Below, piece after piece: positions 6,749-11,938 of a DNA stretch of 11,938 nt. The notes under the pieces are model-generated. The model ran no database searches, had not been told where the DNA came from, and saw only the letters and a list, made by a program, of their open reading frames with translations. Source of the DNA: Coleofasciculus chthonoplastes F2-STO-03 (GTDB lineage Bacteria; Cyanobacteriota; Cyanobacteriia; Cyanobacteriales; Coleofasciculaceae); assembly GCA_040222015.1 (NCBI GenBank), contig JAVJWO010000184.1:1-11938 (forward strand). The letters run 5' to 3'. How positions within the stretch are numbered: the stretch's first letter is position 1; every line of letters begins with the position of its first letter. The position numbers and the translations under genes are program-made.

Positions 6749-8347
6749 ATGAGTAGCCCCGACAAGCCCAAAGCAGACATCGCCAGCCAAATCCTGGAAC
6801 AAGACAGCCAGGATCGACAGGCGCTAGCCCTGCTATTGGATCGCCACTTAGCCAGAAGCGATCGCCTTCTTGTTCAGAAAACCCAGATGGGGAGTACCGA
6901 AGCCTTTATCGGGTCTGTCACCCTCGAATGGTTAGATAGCCGCGTCCGTTTCGCCTCCCAACTCCCCCTATTCCGGCAAAAATTCGACCCCCAAACCGAC
7001 AACGTCATCCGGGATGAAGAAACCGTCGATGAAATCCTCCAACGACCCCTCGACTGGTCCCGTCAAGCCCCCCTCACCCAATACCTCGCCGCCCGCCAAG
7101 CCCATAAATTCCCCGCCGTTCTCGTTGTTCACAGCCCCACCTGGGTAGATAATCCCAAAGCCAAAGAATGGGATAAACAAGGACGCGCCCGCCAGTCTGC
7201 GGCGGATTTCATTCCCCTCGACCAAAACCAAACCGTGGGACTCCTCGATGTCTCCCCCGCTGTATCCATCTTCGCCCTGGATGGTCAACACCGACTCATG
7301 GGTGTTCAGGGACTAATGACCTTACTTAAAACCGGAAGACTGCAACGTTACAACAAAAACAAGAAACCCGTGGGCAGTGTAATCACCATAGACGACCTAA
7401 TCGACGAATACCAACTCGACCCCGCCTACCTACAAAGTCTCGCCCAGGAAAAAATCGGCATTGAATTCATCCCCGCCGTAGCCAAAGGCGAAACCCGGGA
7501 AGCCGCCTTGCGGCGAGTCCGGTCTATTTTCGTCCACGTCAACTTAATGGCATTACGCTTAAGTAAAGGACAACTGGCGCTATTAAATGAAAATGACGGC
7601 TTTTCCATCGTCGCCCGCAAAATTGCCGTCAACCATCCCTTATTAAAAGAAGTCCCTGGACGCAATCCCCGTGTTAATTGGGATAGCGCCACCGTCGCCG
7701 CCAAATCCACCGTATTAACCACCCTCCAGGCGTTAAATGAAATGTCTCAACGGTATCTAGACCATCAATTCCCCCACTGGAAACCGCCGGAGAAGAAAGG
7801 GTTAATCCCGATGCGTCCCGATGATGAGGAATTAGCAGCCGGAATTGACACCTTTAATCAGTTTTTTGACCACTTAGTCAGCTTACCCAGTTATCAACGG
7901 TTAGAACAAGGGGAAGAAACCCCCCAGTTACGCCGTTTCAGCTTTGAGAACAATGGCGGTGAGGGGAATATCCTCTTCCGTCCCGTCGGGCAAATTGCCT
8001 TTACCCAAGCGTTAGGAATTGTGGTATTTAAGAAAAAGTTATCGCTAAAAACGGTATTTAAGAAACTCAGTAAATACGACGCCGCAGGGGGATTTAGTCA
8101 GATGGAGACGCCCCAATCCCTGTGGTATGGGGTGTTATTTGACCCGAATAAGAAGCGGATCATGGTATCAGGACGAGACTTAGCCGCCCGATTACTGATT
8201 TATATCATTGCGGGGACAGAGGATGGAATGGAAAAAGCAGAACTGCGGCGAGAATTAGCCGAAGCCAGAACGATTGAAGGGAAAGCCGTTGGGTTTAATG
8301 GTAAGTTTGTCAAGCCTAGAGATGTGGGACTTCCACCTGTGTTGTGA
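6749..8347 (+). CDS. DGQHR domain-containing protein (DndB/ParB-like superfamily)
   Basis: 532-aa intact ORF with QRPLDWSR, FP and FALDGQHRLMG motifs and RSIFVHVN. It is divergent from dndB. Confidence 0.9.
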   Translation: MSSPDKPKADIASQILEQDSQDRQALALLLDRHLARSDRLLVQKTQMGSTEAFIGSVTLEWLDSRVRFASQLPLFRQKFDPQTDNVIRDEETVDEILQRPLDWSRQAPLTQYLAARQAHKFPAVLVVHSPTWVDNPKAKEWDKQGRARQSAADFIPLDQNQTVGLLDVSPAVSIFALDGQHRLMGVQGLMTLLKTGRLQRYNKNKKPVGSVITIDDLIDEYQLDPAYLQSLAQEKIGIEFIPAVAKGETREAALRRVRSIFVHVNLMALRLSKGQLALLNENDGFSIVARKIAVNHPLLKEVPGRNPRVNWDSATVAAKSTVLTTLQALNEMSQRYLDHQFPHWKPPEKKGLIPMRPDDEELAAGIDTFNQFFDHLVSLPSYQRLEQGEETPQLRRFSFENNGGEGNILFRPVGQIAFTQALGIVVFKKKLSLKTVFKKLSKYDAAGGFSQMETPQSLWYGVLFDPNKKRIMVSGRDLAARLLIYIIAGTEDGMEKAELRRELAEARTIEGKAVGFNGKFVKPRDVGLPPVL

Positions 8348-8387
8348 ATCCTGATAGATTGTGTGGAATTGAATAGTAATCGTAACC

Positions 8388-8793
8388 GTAGGGGCGACCC
8401 GCTTGCATCAATCAACAACGGTATCCACTTAATTTTATCGGGTCGCCCTTGACAGGGGAAATCACGAAACCTGCGAATCGGGGCGGGTTGAGTAAAATCT
8501 AGGTGCAACCGAACAGATAGCAATGAAACCCGCCCCTACAGATTTACGCACTATACCTGACGCTTTCGGAGGCTAGGTCAAAATCATTATATCCGATCAA
8601 AAATTCGATTGATTGTAGGGGCGACCCGCTTACATCAATTAACAACGGTATCCACTCAATTTTATCGGGTCGCCCTTGACAGGGGAAATCACGAAACCTG
8701 GGAATCGGGGCGGGTTTAGTCCCATCTAGGTGCAACCGAACAGATAGCAATGAAACCCGCCCCTACAGATTTACGCACCATACCTGACGCTTT
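8388..8793. repeat. Tandem duplication of a 179-bp unit (8388-8566, 8615-8793) containing a REPIN-like double hairpin
   Basis: The period is 227 bp, with 9 mismatches counted by eye. Each unit is bounded by GTAGGGGCG...CGCCCCTAC and has internal stems GGGCGACCCG/CGGGTCGCCC and GGGGCGGGTT/AACCCGCCCC. Confidence 0.9.
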
Positions 8794-8812
8794 AGCCGCC
8801 TAAATAGTAGAA

Positions 8813-8990
8813 ATAGGGTATCTGCTTACTGGATGCGATCGCGCGATGAATTGATACAGGTTAACCCAATCTATCTTACCCCTATGGTGTGCGACAGTTT
8901 TAAATAAATACATATCCAATGTCGGGGCTGTAGGGGTGAGTCTTTGTACCCGAGTTAATCGGACAACCGATCACTTTGATTGACTCGCCC
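8813..8990. repeat. Diverged direct repeat, copy 1 (copy 2 at 9881-10026), ending in a GTAG REP doublet
   Basis: Shared blocks are ATAGGGTATC.GCTTACTGG.TGCGATCGCG, ATAAATACATATCCAAT (8904-8920 = 9931-9947) and CTGTAGGGG.GAGTC...GTTAATCGGA...TTGACTCGCCC. Confidence 0.8.
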
Positions 8991-9002
8991 ACCGCCCCCC
9001 AT

Positions 9003-9049
9003 CTTCACACAAGCTTCATCTAACGGCTAAATCTTCATCAAATCTTCAC
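9003..9049 (+). promoter_or_regulatory. Two pairs of 11-bp-spaced CTTCAY direct repeats (possible OmpR-family regulator boxes)
   Basis: CTTCA starts at 9003, 9014, 9033 and 9044. Confidence 0.4.
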
Positions 9050-9230
9050 AGCCTTTCAACTGTGCTGGGAGAATAATAAAGAGTAGGCATTCTGTTTTAG
9101 CGTTTATAGCGGGCGTGTAAAACAGATAGCTGAACCCCAGGTATTTTCCCATCGTCTCCCCCAGCTAGACATCATTAATCGGTGACTACGCCTGAGGCAG
9201 GAAATCCTAAAAGCACGGAAGTACCTGGAA

Positions 9231-9455
9231 AAGACTTTTGTATCACTTGATAGCCCGATTATCAACAATAAGGGCGCTATAGCGTTTGAAGCTGTACTTG
9301 ACACCGGAGAGTACGGGATTTTTACTGGAGCCGATCCAGTTGCTGATAAAGTTATTGCCATCGGTGATCCACTTTTTGGCTCTACCGTGACCAGTTTAGG
9401 AGTCTCCGATAAAGGATTTAACGATGCCGGTCAAGTTGCATTTTTGGCGCAATAG
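9231..9455 (+). pseudogene. Fragment of a choice-of-anchor NxxGxxAF tandem-repeat exoprotein gene
   Basis: My translation is KTFVSLDSPIINNKGAIAFEAVLDTGEYGIFTGADPVADKVIAIGDPLFGSTVTSLGVSDKGFNDAGQVAFLAQ*. It has two NxxGxxAF motifs, no credible start and a premature TAG. This frame is not in the supplied ORF track. Confidence 0.75.
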
Positions 9456-9799
9456 ATCCATCGTTTCTGTTTGTATAGCAACCGCCACAACGGTTAGGAA
9501 ACTAGACATAGCTCAAGACAATACATGGCATTGATCTTAATGTCCTAATGACCCTGGCGACTGCTATATCTGGATTCTTTGGTGTCGAAAGTACCGTTCC
9601 TTTTATACGTGCTGAGATACAGTCTTCTAACTACGGATTTTCTGATTACATTGACGACAATATTGTTTTCGACAATCTGAGGTACGAATTGGTTGATCTG
9701 ACAGAACCTGCCACAGTTCCAGAACCTGCAACAGGACTAGGGCTACTGGTGATTAGTACCATGGGTGCAGGTTCAGTATTAAGACACAAACAGAAGTAG
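9455..9799 (+). pseudogene. C-terminal fragment of a PEP-CTERM sorting-domain protein, interrupted by a MITE
   Basis: It ends with VPEP + hydrophobic helix + basic tail (VPEPATGLGLLVISTMGAGSVLRHKQK) and has no signal peptide. The ATG at 9548 lies inside the MITE end. Confidence 0.75.
9474..9568. mobile_element. 95-bp TA-flanked MITE-like element (TATAGC...GCTATA; possibly IS630-type)
   Basis: The left end TATAGCAACCGCCACAACGGTTAGGAAA resembles the reverse complement of the right end, TATAGCAGTCGCCAGGGTCATTAGGACA. Removing 9476-9568 restores the frame DPSFLFV|SGFFGVES. Confidence 0.7.
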
Positions 9800-9880
9800 G
9801 ATTTAGCCAAGAATAAAACACTTCTAGAACACCAGTCCAGTAATTGAAATCGATGCTATAATCCCGATCGTATATAACGG

Positions 9881-10110
9881 ATAGGGTATCGGCTTACTGG
9901 GTGCGATCGCGAGACTGGGGTATATTTCACATAAATACATATCCAATATAAGCCAATATAAGGTCTGTAGGGGCGAGTCGCTGCACTCTCGTTAATCGGA
10001 AACCGATTACTTTTATTGACTCGCCCTCCCTAATGCAAAAGGATGAAGGGCGGGTTTTGTTGATAGGTTATTGGTCTATACCAAAATTAAACGGCTAAAC
10101 CCGCCCCTAC
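9881..10110. repeat. Direct-repeat copy 2 plus a REPIN-like double hairpin (9967-10110)
   Basis: GTAGGGGCG(9967)...GACTCGCCC(10026), then GGGCGGGTTT...AAACCCGCCCCTAC(10110). The architecture matches 8388-8539, but the loops differ. Confidence 0.8.
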
Positions 10111-10443
10111 ATTTTACTCATCATTCATTACTTTTTAAGCAGCTTTGTTAATTTACCTAGTTTACCCATTCGACACCCAAAGAATTTAGCGATCGCGAAG
10201 TCTTTACTAACACTTTACAAAGGTTGGTAATACGGTCGTTTGAGGCACTTTTTAACCGAGAAAGGGTCGTTTTGTCATCAGCAAATTCACGTAAAGCGAT
10301 CGCGTGGTATAACTGAGACGATTATCCACCGTAAGCTGACTGTTCAAACCAACGAATATTCTGGGTTTAGCCTCAAAGGAGAAAAGAGTACTTTACCCTA
10401 AACATGGCTGATAATATAATTAATTCAGTTGGCTGGCACAAAA

Positions 10444-11037
10444 ATGGAAACTCTAACCCTGAACGTACCCCCTACCGTCGGCTTAACCGACGAACAATTT
10501 TATCAACTTTGTGTGGCGAATGAACAATGGCGATTGGAACTCACCGCTGATGGAGAATTAATAATTATGCCCCCAACAGGTGGAGAAAGTGGCATTAGTA
10601 ATGCGGGTTTGACGGCTAAAGTTTACAATTGGAACGAGCAAACCCGACTGGGAAAAGTTTTTGACTCGTCCACTGAATTTCGATTACCCAATAATGCCAA
10701 ACGTTGTCCCGATGTATCCTGGGTAATTCTGGAACGATGGGAAGCATTATCCCCCGAACAACGGCGACGTTTTCCGCCCTTATGTCCAGATTTTGTCATT
10801 GAACTTCGTTCTGAAAGCGATTCGCTCAAAAGTTTACGTGCCAAAATGGTAGAGTACCGGGAGAATGGCGCCCGTTTGGGTTGGCTGATTGATCCCCAAA
10901 CTCCCCTAGTGGAAATTTATCGACCATTCGTTGATGTAGAACAAATCAATTTCTCTATTGATGCACCACCCACACTTTCAGGCGAAGATGTGTTACCGGG
11001 ATTTGTCCTCGATTTAACGGTTATACTGAATCCTTAA
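10444..11037 (+). CDS. Uma2 (DUF820) family putative endonuclease
   Basis: Motifs include LELTADGELIIMPPTGG, FDSSTEFRLPN, RCPDVSW, PPLCPDFVIELRS and KMVEYRENGARLGWLIDP. ATG 10444 is preferred over the upstream TTG at 10429. Confidence 0.93.
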   Translation: METLTLNVPPTVGLTDEQFYQLCVANEQWRLELTADGELIIMPPTGGESGISNAGLTAKVYNWNEQTRLGKVFDSSTEFRLPNNAKRCPDVSWVILERWEALSPEQRRRFPPLCPDFVIELRSESDSLKSLRAKMVEYRENGARLGWLIDPQTPLVEIYRPFVDVEQINFSIDAPPTLSGEDVLPGFVLDLTVILNP

Positions 11038-11057
11038 ATTTCTGATTCAATCCACTT

Positions 11058-11150
11058 TATAGCGTTTCTCATTTTTTATTTAGGCGCAAGGATGGTGCCC
11101 CTACATCACTCTTTGTATGGGTTAACCCTACGCATTTAGGAACCGCTATA
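11058..11150. mobile_element. 93-bp degenerate TATAGC...GCTATA MITE-like element overlapping the stop codon of the next gene
   Basis: The left end TATAGCGTTTC resembles the reverse complement of the right end, TATAGCGGTTC. Size and ends are similar to 9474-9568, and it contains a degenerate REP ending CCCCTAC. Confidence 0.55.
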
Positions 11151-11613
11151 GAAATCTGGTCAAATCAAAATCGTCGTCAGGAACCTCTTGTTTAAACCGT
11201 TGTGCATTCAAAACTAATAATAATCGCTCCGAATAATCCACCGCCCCCCGCAACTCGTCTCGTAATATTTGTAAGCCGCCATTAGCATATTCTTCAAAAA
11301 TATGAATCCGTTCCTCCTCGGCTTTGGCGTCAAAGGAGGAGAGAATTTTAGCATCTTTGGTTTCGACAAGCGCCAAGAGTTTAATTAGTGCGTCATATCC
11401 CCGCGACACAAATATTTCTAACCCAATCGGTGCGGGTTCTTTCTTGGCAATTGTTCCCAGAGGCGATCGCTTCTTGCGCTTGACCCCCAACGCTGCCGCA
11501 AATGCGATAACGTCAGCATAAGTTTGAAAGGGTCCGGTTGTATCGGTTGATGCGGTTAACGCTTTGACTAAATCGGCTTGATCCTTGGCAATCCGGATGC
11601 GATTGACGCCCAT
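11146..11613 (-). CDS. DNA phosphorothioation-associated protein 4 (dnd system-associated protein 4)
   Basis: 155 aa with RIRIAKDQADLVKAL, GPFQTYADVIAFAAALG and IFEEYANGGLQIL, recognised from the cyanobacterial dnd-associated family. The dnd context supports the call. Confidence 0.85.
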   Translation of the reverse strand: MGVNRIRIAKDQADLVKALTASTDTTGPFQTYADVIAFAAALGVKRKKRSPLGTIAKKEPAPIGLEIFVSRGYDALIKLLALVETKDAKILSSFDAKAEEERIHIFEEYANGGLQILRDELRGAVDYSERLLLVLNAQRFKQEVPDDDFDLTRFL

Positions 11614-11635
11614 TCCTGTGACATTCTCCTATTTT

Positions 11636-11754
11636 TGTCATTCGTCATTTGTCATTCGTCATTCATCATTCGTCATTTGTCATTCATCATTTGTCATTTG
11701 TCATTTGTCATTTGTCATTTGTCATTTGTCATTCGTCATTCGTCATTTGTCATT
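11636..11754. repeat. 17 x 7-bp tandem repeat (YRTCATT; STRR-like)
   Basis: 17 contiguous units of TGTCATT/CGTCATT/CATCATT. Confidence 0.95.
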
Positions 11755-11759
11755 TAGTC

Positions 11760-11822
11760 GGGGCGGGTTTTGCAGCCAAGCTAGGGATAACAATCAATAT
11801 TAGTCCCTAAACCCGCCCCTAC
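11760..11822. repeat. REP doublet GGGGCGGGTTT...AAACCCGCCCCTAC
   Basis: Perfect 11-bp inverted arms, with the same stem as the hairpins in 8480-8539 and 9967-10110. Confidence 0.8.
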
Positions 11823-11854
11823 ACACAGACGCTCCATGGCTCGTCTGGAACATG

Positions 11855-11938
11855 GCTTCCCCTGCTTCCCCTGCTCCCCCTGCTCCCCCTGCTTCCCCTG
11901 CTCCCCCTGCTCCCCCTGCTTCCCCTGCTCCCCCTGCT
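11855..11938. repeat. 9-bp tandem repeat GCTYCCCCT (at least 9 units, runs off the window)
   Basis: Nine full units of GCTTCCCCT/GCTCCCCCT from 11855, plus a partial unit. Confidence 0.95.

Noticed and set aside
6195..7722. ORFs 6195-6398(+), 6968-7291(-), 7426-7722(-)
   Set aside because: They are antisense to better-supported genes.
8200..8750. Paralogous-looking ORFs 8200-8523(-) and 8544-8750(-)
   Set aside because: Their similarity comes only from translating the duplicated non-coding repeat.
8388..8793. CRISPR array
   Set aside because: There are only two long units, the would-be spacers are nearly identical between copies, there is no 25-40-bp repeat at a regular period, and no cas genes are present.
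9104..9361. ORF 9104-9361(-)
   Set aside because: It is antisense to the NxxGxxAF fragment, which has the protein-like motifs.
5974..10197. 17-bp exact match AGAATTTAGCGATCGCG at 5974 and 10181
   Set aside because: Eight of the bases are the over-represented HIP1 octamer, the match does not extend, and one copy is coding.
10150..10320. Short direct repeats (TTTACC, CTTTAC, GGTCGTTT) and a possible extended -10 upstream of the Uma2 gene
   Set aside because: They are too short and inconsistently spaced to support a specific regulator call.
10444..11037. Uma2 protein as the restriction partner of the dnd system
   Set aside because: Uma2 paralogs are very numerous and scattered in cyanobacteria, so proximity alone is weak evidence.
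10623..11803. ORFs 10623-10844(-), 11324-11521(+), 11585-11803(+)
   Set aside because: The first two are shadows of real genes, and the last is a translation of the heptamer repeat.

Overview
This is a cyanobacterial chromosomal region, based on 11 HIP1 GCGATCGC octamers and typical filamentous-cyanobacterial repeats. It carries a DNA phosphorothioation (dnd) locus. dndC and dndD are intact on the minus strand. A dndB gene is broken by a 25-bp two-hairpin element sitting inside a HIP1 site, and a second dndB-like gene on the opposite strand appears reduced to N- and C-terminal stubs. The locus also has a small 63-aa ORF, a divergent intact 532-aa DGQHR-domain gene and, at the right end, a dnd-associated protein 4 gene. 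No dndA or dndE is visible in the window. Also present are the 3' end of an IS200/IS605 (tnpB) element interrupting a host gene, fragments of PEP-CTERM exoprotein genes and a Uma2 endonuclease-like gene. Small repeats are dense: TA-flanked MITE-like elements, GTAG REP/REPIN-like hairpins, HIP1-inserted mini-elements, and 7-mer and 9-mer tandem repeats. All calls come from reading motifs by eye; no database searches were run.
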